A stretch of DNA of 64,000 nt from the human T2T-CHM13v2.0 reference genome, Homo sapiens, in the NCBI RefSeq assembly GCF_009914755.1, contig NC_060928.1; one strand, given 5' to 3'. How positions within the stretch are numbered: the stretch's first letter is position 1; the number at the start of each line of letters is the position of its first letter. This document shows positions 49,280-64,000 of this stretch, in pieces. Under the pieces are notes generated by a model. The model had not been told where the DNA came from. It worked only from the letters and a program-made list of their open reading frames with translations, and ran no database searches. A program made the position numbers and the translations under genes.

Positions 49280-49881
49280 CAAGCTCGGTATTAAATAGGT
49301 CAAAGAGCAACATCTGGCTTCTAAACCCACCCTCAGGCCTCTCCACCGAGTACCTGTCTCAAACCCAATCTGATCCAACAATAACCAGCCTTAATTCAAT
49401 AATCTGTGCTACCTGAGATGATGGGAATAATCGTGGTACTATAAATGTTGCAGAACAAAAACGACTGCAGTAGATTTTCTGGGGCTACACCAACTGAAAA
49501 TGGGCCGGACCGAGATCCGGGAGAGCGTTTTCCTGCGCTAGACACGGCGTTCAGCCTCCGGGTTCCGGGTCTAGCTGAGTCAGGGCGGCGTTCCAGCCGA
49601 GTGCGGCGTCGGAAACCCGTTCGGTTGCGCCCGAACCTTCGGTCAGAGGCCAGCGCTGGAAGCCCAGACCACAGCACCCGGGTTTAAACAGGAGCGGAGG
49701 CGCCGGGAAGGGCCGGGGGGGCCGGCTAGGGCCGGCCAGCTTGGAAGCCGCACCCTCGCGGCCCCAGACGCCGGCAGGGCGGAGCCACGCGGCCGCAGCC
49801 CCAGCCGAGACGCGAGCTCGTGGCTCGGGCGTATGGGGGCTCCAACGGGAGCGGCTGCGCCGCCCGGCCGGGTCAACGTCG

Positions 49882-49892
49882 TGCGCATGCGC
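49882..49892. promoter_or_regulatory. NRF1 binding motif
   Basis: TGCGCATGCGC, near-perfect match to the NRF1 palindrome TGCGCATGCGCA, in the core promoter. Confidence 0.75.
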
Positions 49893-49898
49893 CGACCC

Positions 49899-49910
49899 GG
49901 CGCCATTTTG
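49899..49910 (+). promoter_or_regulatory. YY1 binding motif at or near the TSS
   Basis: GGCGCCATTTTG (reverse CAAAATGGCGCC) matches the YY1 consensus. Confidence 0.75.
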
Positions 49911-50093
49911 GTGGCCGGGCGCGGAGGTGATTCCACACTGAGGCGAGCGCGGCGGCCGGGGTGGTAGTGGCAGTGTTCGTGTGCTCAGGTCTGAATCGCC
50001 GAGGGAGGAGGCGGTGGAGGAAGAGGTGGCGGCGGTGGCGGTGGTCGTAGCGGTGGCGGAGGAGGCGGGTACGAATCAGCTGCGGGCGGAGAC
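49902..50093 (+). other. UBE2K: UBE2K exon 1 5'UTR (transcription start approximate)
   Basis: ATG-free GC-rich stretch between the YY1-type GCCATTTT motif and the start codon; contains GGN triplet tract 50004-50069; exact TSS not determinable from sequence. Confidence 0.65.
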
Positions 50094-50156
50094 ATGGCCA
50101 ACATCGCGGTGCAGCGAATCAAGCGGGAGTTCAAGGAGGTGCTGAAGAGCGAGGAG
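50094..50156 (+). CDS. UBE2K: UBE2K (HIP2/E2-25K) ubiquitin-conjugating enzyme E2 K, coding part of exon 1 (21 codons, phase-0 intron follows)
   Basis: Translation MANIAVQRIKREFKEVLKSEE matches the recognised UBE2K N-terminus; strong Kozak context (gacATGg); GT donor GAG|GTCAGA at 50157; lies in a CpG island. Confidence 0.97.
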
Positions 50157-53100
50157 GTCAGAAATGAACTCCCGGATATCCCCCACCTCTGCCTGGGGCG
50201 GGAGGGTCCTCCCAGCTGCGACCCCGATATCCCCGGTAGTCCCTGGGTGGTCCTCCTTGCGGCCGCCCTTCTGCCTGTGAGGAAGCAGCAGTGTTCCCCT
50301 CCTCCTTCCGCCGCCTTCTCCTCCCCTCCCAGAGCGCTAGGATGGACGGTCTCGCGGGCGGGTGGTCTGGGGTGGAACATGGTTTGGGGAGGTGATGGAC
50401 AGGGGGCAACTCCTCGGAGGGATGGAAGCTCACAAGAGAACCCGAGGCGGTGGCCGCAGCTGGAAATGTGGCTGTGGGGTGGGGAGGGAGCAGGCCGAGC
50501 CTGAGAAAACCCGGGAAGTGGGTTGGGGGAAGGGGAAAGGTGGTAACTGGATCCCAAGAGCAGTGCTGCTCGAAGGCCCACACTTTTGAGGGTATTCGGG
50601 GTTATTGCCTGTCAGGCCTTCACTGTTCTTTTCTTGGGGAAGGAGCAGTGAGTCCTTAGGTATTGATTAAAAAGGAAGGACATTCAGAGTTAGTCCTTCT
50701 TAGTTGGGTGTTAGGAGTCAAAGGGAGACATAATAGAATACTGTCTTATTTGGTGGCAGGGGTAAGGGAATTTTCACCTGAGTTAGCAAGTTAATTCCAA
50801 ATAAGATAATTATCTCTTTTCCACTTAACCCCCAAATTCGTAGGCCTCATCTTTATTGACATCTCAATCTTTTGAGTGGGCAAAGGCAAGGTGTTTGGTG
50901 TATTAAAGACATGTAAATATTTTTAGTTAGGAAACAAATAATGGAATGTATGAGTAGCTTATTTCAAAATATTGTTTACAAGTTACAGATCAGAGAGACT
51001 GTCTTAAGACAGTGCCTCTGTGACTCGTGTTGTGCCACGAAACTTCATTATGATGTCCCTCATAGTTAACTTGATTCTTACTTTTGAAAAGCAGACCTAT
51101 TAAAAATGTGAAATTTCACCAGATTAATACATTGTTTCATCTCCTTATTGAGATTTATCACGACTTAACAGATTTTCAAAAAAGTTGCCTCCCGTTGCTC
51201 TTAAGTCCTGCAGAATTTAGATACATTTGTACTACGTTTATTTATGTAAGATATTCACAGTGCTCTAGTAATTTGACTCAAAATTATGCAAGTATTAGTA
51301 CAGTTTCTCATACCAAGATCAACAAGAATGCCAGATTGTCTTCCCCACATGAATTAAACAAAAAGTAATACAGAAAATGATTATTTTCAAGATTCACATA
51401 CCATTATTGAATATATCATTGCTATTTGTGTTTTTCTTTTACAGTTAGTACTTTAATAGTGTCAATAATAATTTGTGAAATTCAGCATTCTAAGTATGTG
51501 ATGAGTATACATGGAGAAAAAATTATTTAAAATTCAAAAATGACAACAGACTTATTGAAAGTAGTATATAAGTCATGGTCGGTTTTACAGAGCATGTGTA
51601 TGAACTCTGACCTCTATGTTTGTTCATATGCCAAAACTCTGAATGGAAGGATGACTTTGTATTTTGTGGTACAATGCAGAAATAGAGTCATAAGTGTCTG
51701 TACTGATACAATGAAACAGCAATTTTAACTTATTTAATATGAAAATGTATTCCAGGTTAGTTGACATATATACTCCTAATGAAAGCAGTTGTTGTTGCCA
51801 ACAACTGAAAACATTTCTTGTTTAATAAGGTTGTACAAGCCTGAAACTTAATAGACTTTTAATGCTTTATTTTCTGTTACTTACGGTAACAGAAACAGTA
51901 AGTTACTGCTCTGGTAATTAATGTGGTCTCTTTGCTTTTTATGAGCTGACTTTTCACCGTGGTATTCTTAGTACTAAGTTGAAGATTACCAGAAATACTT
52001 GTATTGCTCTCTAGTAATGCATATTAAAAAAACACTGCTCTTTATACGTAAGGGATGTTGAAGCCTTACTTCAGATAAGCATCAAAAGTGTTTCAGAAGA
52101 AGAAAACAGGAAATGCAAACAGACAGGTTTTTTGTTGTTTTTGTTGTTTGTTTGTTTTGTTTTGTTTTGTTTAGAACAGTACCTGTATAAATATGGAAGG
52201 AAACTTCTGGGAAAATAAGTTGCAAAGAACATTTAGGAAAGGGTCACATCATTTAATCTTGGAATAAATATAACCAATAAATAGCTTATTTTCACCAGTA
52301 TTTTTTGATATTTTAGTAGCCCCAGTTCTATAAGTGTATTGTTATTTTCAACTCATTGAAGACTTGTAGTATAGTCCATGTGTTTCCTTTTTAAGGGTGT
52401 AAATACAGTCTTTTGAATGGCTGATCAAATAAATGTTTCATCATGTCACTTTTTTGGTAAATCAGCACTTTACCGAAGTTTATTTCATGTGTTTGTATGC
52501 TTGTGTTTACTAAGAACACTGGTTGATTTAAGGACTTTTTGGGGTGGCCTTATAAGAGCCTTTGTAAAGATAGCTGACGCTTACTGGATTCTGGTTATGA
52601 GAGATTATAAGTGGCCGTTCTTAGAGTGTGTTAAAATACAGCCAACAAGATAAATGTGAAAAAGCAAGGTGCAGAATAGTGTGGAAGAGGCCACCATTTG
52701 TGTCAAAAAGAAGGGCATGTGTGTATTTGCCTGTATGGGTAAAAGGTTTCATGAGAAATTGGTAAAATTGATTGCTTTCTGTGTAGAGAGTTGGGTGTCT
52801 GGGGTATAGATATTTTTTGAATTTTGTGTCATACAAATGTGATTTACTTAAAGGCATCATTTGGCCTCTTTCCCTTAAGACAGTGTTTGGAAATTTGTCA
52901 GATGTTTCTTTTTATTAATTAATATTTATTTTCTTTGTTTTAGATGTTTGTTTTTAAATATGAGTGTGAATTTTAAGTAGTTTTAAATAATATTCCAAAG
53001 TTGTTAGGCATGGAATATTGATGTAAAGTACATTTTATAATTAGTTATTTTATGAGTAGGATTACATAAGTAAATTATTAATTGTGAGGATATAAACCCA

Positions 53101-53974
53101 TAATCAATGTTTTATTCATAAGTTTTATTATTTACTATTAGTTATTGCTGCTGTTAATAACTAGCTGCCATTTGTAGAATGGCTAGTTGTTCTTAGTATC
53201 ATTTGTTTTTACGTTATTGCTAATTCTTAAGAACAGTTCTTTAGATGTCCTATTTCCTAGATGAGAAAATAGAGATTTAGAGAAGTTAAATTATTTGTCT
53301 GCAATCACAGAGCCTGGGATTTGGATCTAGGTCTGCTTGTGTTCATATTGTCCCACGCTGTCATGACTTGCTAAGGATAGGCATGCTTTTAATTAATTTA
53401 AAAAATCGAGCCTGGTTTGTATTACTGGTTAAAGGATTTAAACACAGTTTAATTTGCTAGTTTAAACTCATTGAAATAAGTGTTACCTATAATTAACTTT
53501 AAGATGTACTTGAATTTCTTTCTTTCATGTTTTTTTTTTTTTTCTTTTAAGAAGGAATCTCGCTGTCTCGCCCAGACTGGAGTGCAGTGGTGCGATCTCA
53601 GCTCACCACAACCTCTGCCTCCCAGGTTCTAGAGATTCTGCCGCCTTAGCCTCCTGAGTAGCTGGGATTACAGGTGCCCGCCACCACGCCCAGCTAATTT
53701 TTGTATTTTTAGTAGAGACGACGTTTCACCATGTTGGCCAGGCTGGTCTTGAACTCCTAACTTCAAGTGATCCGCCTGCCTCAACCTCCCAAAGTGCTGG
53801 GGTTACAGGCATGAGCCACCACACCCAGCCAGATTTACTTGAATTTCAATATACCAAATATTTTAAAATTTGAAACTTAATGAAATAAAACACCCTTAAA
53901 TCAGTGCACTCTCTTGTTGGTCTTATGCTATATGGCACCTGTTGGTTTTTCATGTTGTAATTGCACTTTGGTAA

Positions 53975-54181
<207 letters not shown>

Positions 54182-54524
54182 TAAGTAGAGGCGAGGTTTC
54201 TCCATGTTGGTCAGGCTGGTCTTGAACTCCCGACCTCAGGTGATCCACCCGCCTCGACTTCCCAAATTGCTGGGATTACAGGAGTGAGCTACTGCACCTG
54301 GCCAACATTTTCTAGTCTCATAGGGCGTGTTTAAATCTATGGCATAAACAGATTGGTTTCGTGAAAATTACTATATAGTACATTAAGTTTTCCCTCATCA
54401 TTTAAATAGATTTTTGTGTCTATTTTCCTTTAAAATTTTAATGTACTTGATCTAGCTTGATCTAGATTATTCTGTAATAGAAGTAGTTGTAAATCTCTAA
54501 AAGTAAGTCTTTTGATTTCTGTAG

Positions 54525-54959
<435 letters not shown>

Positions 54960-55379
54960 TGACAAAACTCTTTAAAAGAGTGTTTATGGCCAGGTGGGGT
55001 GGCTTATGCCTGTAATCTAGCATTTTAGGAGGCTGAGACTCGATTGAGGCCAGGAGTTCAAGACCAGCCTGGGCAACATAGTGAGAGTTTGTTACTACTA
55101 ACATTTAAAAAAAATCAGCCAGGCCTGGTGGTATGTGCCTATAGTGGCAGCTACTCGGGAGGCCGAGGCTGGAGGATGCTTGAGCCCATGAGGTCAAGGC
55201 TGCAGTGAATTGTGATCATGTGACCGCACTTTAGCCTGGGCATCAGCGAGACCCTGTCTCATAAATGAAAAAAGAAAATGATTCCTGGCTATTTATTAAC
55301 TATATAAGAAGAACACAGCCAGGCGTGGTGGCTCACGCCTGTAATCCCAGCACTTTGGGAGGCCTAGGCAGGTGGATCA

Positions 55380-55592
<213 letters not shown>

Positions 55593-55770
55593 TCAAAAAA
55601 AAAAAAAAAAAAAAAGAATACTTTGAGACTTAACTGTATCAGATGTGTAAGATAATTTATCTAAAGAATAAATGGACACAGACAGTAAAGACAAAAAATA
55701 TATACTGGCTTTGAATGTTTTATTTTTAAAACTTTTAAGTTTGTTTCCCGTTTTTAGTGTTTTTCTTTTA

Positions 55771-56048
<278 letters not shown>

Positions 56049-56930
56049 TTATTTTTTCAAAAGTGTGTTTGAAAGTTATGTAAGTTACAGTTTTATGTAA
56101 TATTTAAATAGTATTTCTTATGGTTTCTGGAATGGGTTGAGCAAGGAAAGCCTATAGATTGGGTTAAAAAAAATCAAAGTCTGTGCAGGTAATATGTTTG
56201 GGGTGAATTCCTTGTATACAGTGTTACAAAGACTTTGAGCTCTGTCCATTGGGCGTAGGTTTAGACACATCTGGGCTCCCTAGCTTCTTCCCTTTTTATT
56301 TATTTATTTTTGAAACAGAGTCTCACTGTCACCAAAGCTAGAATGCAGTGGCGTGATCACAGTTCACTGCAGCCTTGAACTCCCCAGGCTTAGATGATCC
56401 TCCTACCTCAGCCTTCCAAGTAGCAGGGACTAAAGGCGTCTGCCACCATGCCCAGCTAATTTATGTAATTTTTTGTAGAGACGGGGTTTCACCATGTTGC
56501 CCAGGCTGGTCTCGAACTCCTGGACTGAAGTGATCCTCCGGCCTTGGCCACCTGAAGTGCTGGGATTACAGACGTGAGCCACCATGCTTGGCCTGTCACC
56601 CCTTCTTAAAGACTATACACCTTTTTTTTTTTTTTTTTTTTAGACGGAGTCTCCCTCTGTCGCCCAGGCTGGAGTGCAATGCGCCATCTCGGCTCACCGC
56701 AACCTCCGCCTCCCGGGTTCAAGCAATTCTCCTGTCTCAGCCTCCTGAGTAGCTGGGATTACAGGCATGTGCCAGCATGCATGGCTAATGTTTTTTTTTG
56801 TTTTGTTTTGTTTTTGTTTTTGTATTTTTAGTAGAGACGGGTTTTTACCGTATTGGCCAGGCTGGTCTCGAGCTCCTGACCTTGTGATCTGCCGCCTCGG
56901 CCTCCCAAAGTGCTGGGATTGCAGGCATGA

Positions 56931-57077
<147 letters not shown>

Positions 57078-57250
57078 TAGCTGGTATTACAGGCGCACCC
57101 CACCACGCCCAGCTAATATTTTGTATTGTTAGTAGAGACAGGGTTTTACCATGTTGGCCAGGCTGGTCTCGAACCCCTGACCTCAAGTGATCCAACTGCC
57201 TTGGCCTCCCAAAGTGCTGGGATTACAGGCGTGAGCCACCGTGCCCAGCC

Positions 57251-58496
57251 AAGACTATATACTCTTATTTCCCGTGAATACATTATTGACAGTTATTGAA
57301 AATATTGACTATAGCCCCAAAAGGCTTAACTGGTTAGAGATACAGGGCAGACAAAGGATAGATAAAAATGGTGGGGGCAAAGAGTAAATGCTATGGGATT
57401 CTAAAGGGTATCTGCATGAGAGAGATTCCTTTTTGTTGTTGTTTTGTTTTGTTTTTGTGACAGAGTCTCGGCTCTATCACCCAGCCTGGAGTGCAGTGGC
57501 TCCATCTCAGCTCACTGCAACCTCCGCCTCCCAGGTTCAACCAATACCTCAGCCTCTGGAATGGCTGGGATCCCGGGATTACAGGCATGCGCCACCATGC
57601 CCAGCTAATTTTCTTTTTTGAGACGGAGTCTCGCTCTGTCACCTAGGCTGGAGTGCAGTGGCGCTATCTCAGCTCACTGCAAGCTCCGCCTCTCAGGTTC
57701 ACGCCATTCTCCTGCCTCAGCCTCCTGAGTAGCTGGGACTACAGGCGTCCACGACCACTCCCAGCTAATTTTTTGTATTTTTTTTTTAGTAGAGACGGGG
57801 TTTCACCGTGTTAGTCAGGATGGTCTCGATCTCCTGACCTCGTGATCTGCCTGCCTTGGCCTCCCAAAGTGCTGGGATTACAGGTGTGAACCACCCTGTC
57901 CGGCCACAATACCCAGCTAATTTTTGTAGTTTTAGTAGAGACAGGGTTTCATTGTATTGGCCAGGCTGGTCTTAAACTCGCGGCCTCAGATGATCTGCCT
58001 GCCTGGGCCTCCCAAAGTGCTTGGCTTAAATGGTGAGCCACCATGCCTGGCATGCCTGGACTTTTTTTTTTTTTTTTTTCCCAGATGGAATCTCACTGTG
58101 TCACCCTGGCTGGAGTCCAGTAGCATGATCCAAGCTCACTGCAGCCACCACCTCCCAGGTCAAGCGGTTCTCCTGCCTCAGCCTACCAAGTAGCTGGGAT
58201 TACAGGCGCGCCCCACCGCCCAGCCAATTTTTTATATTGTTAGTAGAGACAGGGTTTTATGATGTTGGCCAGGCTGGTCTCCCAAAGTGATAAGATTACA
58301 AGTGTGAGCCACAATGCCCAGCCAAGACTATATACTCTTATTTCCCAGTGAATACATTATTAACAGTTACCGAACATGTTGACCACAGCCCCAAAAGGCT
58401 TAATTGGTTGGAGATACAGGACAAAGATAGATAAAAATGGGAGGGGCAAAGTGTAAATGCTATGGGATTCTGAGGGTATTTGAATGAGGGAGGTTC
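57251..58496. repeat. Local direct duplication of a ~175 bp non-Alu segment (57251-57430 and 58324-58496) plus following Alus
   Basis: AAGACTATATACTCTTATTTCCC...GCCCCAAAAGGCTTAA...GATAGATAAAAATGG...GTAAATGCTATGGGATTCT occurs twice. Confidence 0.92.
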
Positions 58497-59278
58497 TTTT
58501 TTGTTTTTGTTTTGTTTTGAGTCAGAGTCTCTGTCACCCAGCCTGGAGTGCAGTGGCTTTATCTTGGCTCACTGCAGCCTCCGCCTCCTGGCTTCAAGTG
58601 ATTCTCAGGCCTCAGCCTCCAGAATGGCTGGAATTACAGGCATGCGCCACCACACCCGGCTAATTTTTTTTGTATTTTTAGTAGAGACTGGATTTCACCA
58701 TGTTGACCAGGCTGGTCTCACACTCCTGACCTCAGGTGATCTGGCTGTCTTGGCCTCCCAAAGTGCTGGGCTTACATATGTGAGCCACCCCACCTGGAGT
58801 TTTTTTGTTTTGTTTTGTTTGAGATGGAATCTCACTCTCTCACCCAGGCTGGAGTGCGGTGACATGATCTTGGCTCACTGCAGCTTCTGCTTCCCAGGTC
58901 AGGCAGTTCTCCTGCTTGACCCAGTAGCTGGGATTACAGGCGCATGCCACCATACCCAGCTAATTTTCCTATTTTTAGTAGAGATGGGGTTTCTAGCCAG
59001 GCTGGTCTCGAACTTCAGACCTCAGGTGATCCGCCTGCCTTGGCTTCTCAAAGTGCTGGGATTACAGGCATGAGCCGTCGTGCCTGGCCTGTATGACTGT
59101 ATGAGGGAGGTTCTTGAGCTAGGTGCCTTTTTTTTTTTTTTGAGATGGGGTCTCACTCTGTCGCCCAGGGGCACAATCATAGCTCATTGCAGCCTTGACC
59201 TCCTGGGTTCTAGCAGGCCTTCCACCTCAGCCTCCCGAGTAGCTGGGACTACAGGTGTGTGCCACCACACCTGGCTAA

Positions 59279-59413
<135 letters not shown>

Positions 59414-59445
59414 TGAGCTGAGTTCTAGAGGAAAGTTAAGACTGA

Positions 59446-59726
<281 letters not shown>

Positions 59727-60984
59727 TGATCTGCCAGCCTTGGCCTCCCGAAGTGCTGGGATTGCAGGCGTGAGCCACCACGCCTGGCCGAGATTCTTAA
59801 GTAAATGAACTTTTCTTTAGGCACATGAATTGGAACTATGGAACAAAGAGATTATTGATACAATTATTCAAGAAGCACATTTGCATATTTAGAACAGAAA
59901 GGTTGCACAGCTCTTATATACTCAAACATAGTTTTAGAGTTAGATCATGATCTTAACTTTCTTCATGGTTACCTTTTGGGGAGGAAAACCACCCTTTTTC
60001 ATATTAAAGTAAAATGTGTACGTAATAAAGTGTGACTGGCATCCAAATCAAGAAACAGACCCTTCCCAGTACCATGGGAATCTGCCTGCCTTTCTAGTTA
60101 CTTTCCTGACTTCTAATAACCGATTAGTTTTGAGTATGTTTGAGTAAAAGAATAGATGTGAGTATATATTATGTATTTTAAGTTTGAAAGTTTTCAAAAG
60201 ATGCTTTTCAAAATCTTTCTTAAGAAAAATATAGTGTCTTAGAAAATGTGCCAAAATGTATTGAATTTCAGAGCTGAAACAGATCTAGGCCAAACTTCTC
60301 ATCTATAAAATCAGGAAATTGAGGCCCAAGGAGGTTGATTGTTTCTCAGAGAAACAGAGCTGGTTAATGGTGAACCCAGGCTTTTTGCATACCAGTTTAG
60401 TCATAATAAGTAGTTGGTTTTTGGGAATATCCTTTTCATAAATGATAGTATAAAAGCTGACTGCTAATACAACTTTACAGAAGGGGATAACAATGCAGTA
60501 TTATTTGTGTCTTTTTTTTTTTTTTTCCTCTTAGTATGAGAACTTGAACTTGCCAAGGAGGTAGAGATTTTTTAACTCCTGAAGCATAATTTAGTTAAGT
60601 TAGCTTAGTAATTAAGAGCGTGGGCTTTAGAATTAGATTTGCTTTGAGTCCTGGCTTTTCTTCTTAAAACCTGAAGTACTGGCTCTGTATCTCGATTTTT
60701 TTAATCTGTAAAAATGTGGGAAGATTAGGAGAGTCCTTGCGGTGCTTAGAACAACCTTGGGACATAATTAAACATTCAGTAAACGGATAGCTGTTAGATG
60801 TCAGAATTAGCTATGTTTTCATATTCTGTCGTGCTTATTATTCTTGGATTATAAAGGTATTGTTCAATGGTTTAGTGATTATTGGATGTAAATATGCCTC
60901 AAGAAAAGCTCAAGATGAGGGTTAAGGTACTTCTAATAGTGTTTCTTTGTCACCTGTGTGCCAATAATCCATGGGGCTAGTGGC

Positions 60985-61272
60985 CAAGTAGTCCACCCTT
61001 ATCTGCAGTTTGATTTTCTGCAGTTTCAGTTACCCATTGTCAACCATCGTCCAAAAATAAGTGAGTATAGTACAATAAGGTATTTTGAGAGAGCACATTC
61101 ACGTAACTTTCATTACAATATATTGTTATAATTACTCCATTGTTAATCTCTTGTGTTTAATTTATAGATTAAACTTTATGATATGTATGTACGTATAGGG
61201 TCGGTACTATCTGTGGTTTCAAGCATCCACTAGGGATCTTGGAACGTGTCCCCTGTGGATAAGAGGGGATAT
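60985..61272. mobile_element. MER44 (Tigger7-derived) DNA transposon
   Basis: GTAGTCCACCCTTATCTGCAG...GTGGATAAGAGGGGA terminal inverted repeats; GGTACTATCTGTGGTTTCAAGCATCCACT core. Confidence 0.8.
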
Positions 61273-61676
61273 ATTAATACAAAGGAATATATGTGGGCTC
61301 TGTTCTCCAGATGTGATTTATTTAATCTTTCTTTAGGAGACAGTTATAAATCGTTCAAAGTTTGTGTTAAAATGTTGCCTTCCTGAATGAAAAAGTTTAT
61401 TTGGGAAACTCTCAAATGATATAGAGATAATGGGATTATTTTGAATTTCTTGACATGGCTCTGGGTTTCCTGAAACTAGACCAAAGAATCTAGATTCTAA
61501 TCCTGTGGTGTATAATCTTGGATCCCTTTGCAAATCCCTTTTTCAGTGGGCTTTGGGAGCCAGAAAATAGGCAGTCTCATTCATCTGACATCCATTTTAT
61601 TCTCTTACATAAATCTGAAAAGGTGGGAGAACTTTATTTCATTGAACATGCTTTTTTAAAAATTTTTTATTTTTTT

Positions 61677-61761
61677 AAGGCTAGTCAAACGAAGCAGTGG
61701 AAATGGAAAAGGAAAAAAGTCTGTAACTGGTTATGATCAATTAATTGTAAACACCACTGCA
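61677..61761 (-). pseudogene. Y3 RNA (RNY3-derived) retropseudogene, slightly 5'-truncated
   Basis: Reverse complement reads TGCAGTGGTGTTTACAATTAATTGATCATAACCAGTTACAGAC...CCACTGCTTCGTTTGACTAGCCTT, matching hY3; T-rich run 61652-61676 is the poly(A) tail. Confidence 0.9.
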
Positions 61762-61847
61762 AAACCCTTTTTTTCTTTCTCTTCCCTTTAGTTCTTTGCT
61801 TTTACTCCAAATTTAGAATAACTGCCTACAGTTGAATGCCTACTGTC

Positions 61848-64000
<2,153 letters not shown>

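Larger units (their letters stand above)
49500..50580. promoter_or_regulatory. CpG island / TATA-less housekeeping promoter of UBE2K
   Basis: Abrupt rise in GC and CpG density against AT-rich, CpG-poor flanks; spans exon 1. Confidence 0.93.

Noticed and set aside
50094-50504. 136-aa ORF starting at the UBE2K ATG
   Set aside because: Only the first 21 codons match UBE2K; the rest is read-through past the GT donor into GC-rich intron 1
49985-50581. 198-aa antisense ORF with a poly-proline end, and other ORFs across the CpG island
   Set aside because: Stop-poor GC-rich DNA; the poly-Pro is the reverse of the GGN 5'UTR tract; no recognisable domain
51871-51895. 10-bp perfect inverted repeat as a terminator or miRNA hairpin
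   Set aside because: Too short for a pre-miRNA and plausible by chance in 64 kb; intrinsic terminators do not apply here

Overview
Primate (most likely human) genomic DNA containing the CpG-island promoter, first coding exon (MANIAVQRIKREFKEVLKSEE, + strand, 50094-50156) and the first ~14 kb of intron 1 of UBE2K (HIP2/E2-25K, ubiquitin-conjugating enzyme). The ~49 kb upstream is intergenic and dominated by transposable elements: many dozens of Alu copies, a 5'-truncated and internally deleted L1PA, older L1M/L2/CR1/MIR relics, ERV1 (LTR8/MER4-group, MER34) and ERVL (MLT2) remnants, and hAT/Tigger DNA transposons. Two small-RNA retropseudogenes are recognisable: BC200 (46921-47082) and Y3 RNA (61677-61761). 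Apart from UBE2K exon 1 and decayed L1/ERV fragments, the ORF track is essentially Alu and simple-repeat noise. I found no convincing previously undescribed biological system. The best leads are an A-depleted ERV gag segment that keeps an intact CCHC zinc knuckle, a GGN-repeat 5'UTR with a CUG uORF and an in-frame poly-Gly stretch, an Alu-Alu recombination duplication in intron 1, repeated reuse of single insertion sites, and a template-switch hairpin. Repeat family names were assigned by eye from remembered consensus sequences; boundaries are approximate unless a target-site duplication (TSD) is quoted.
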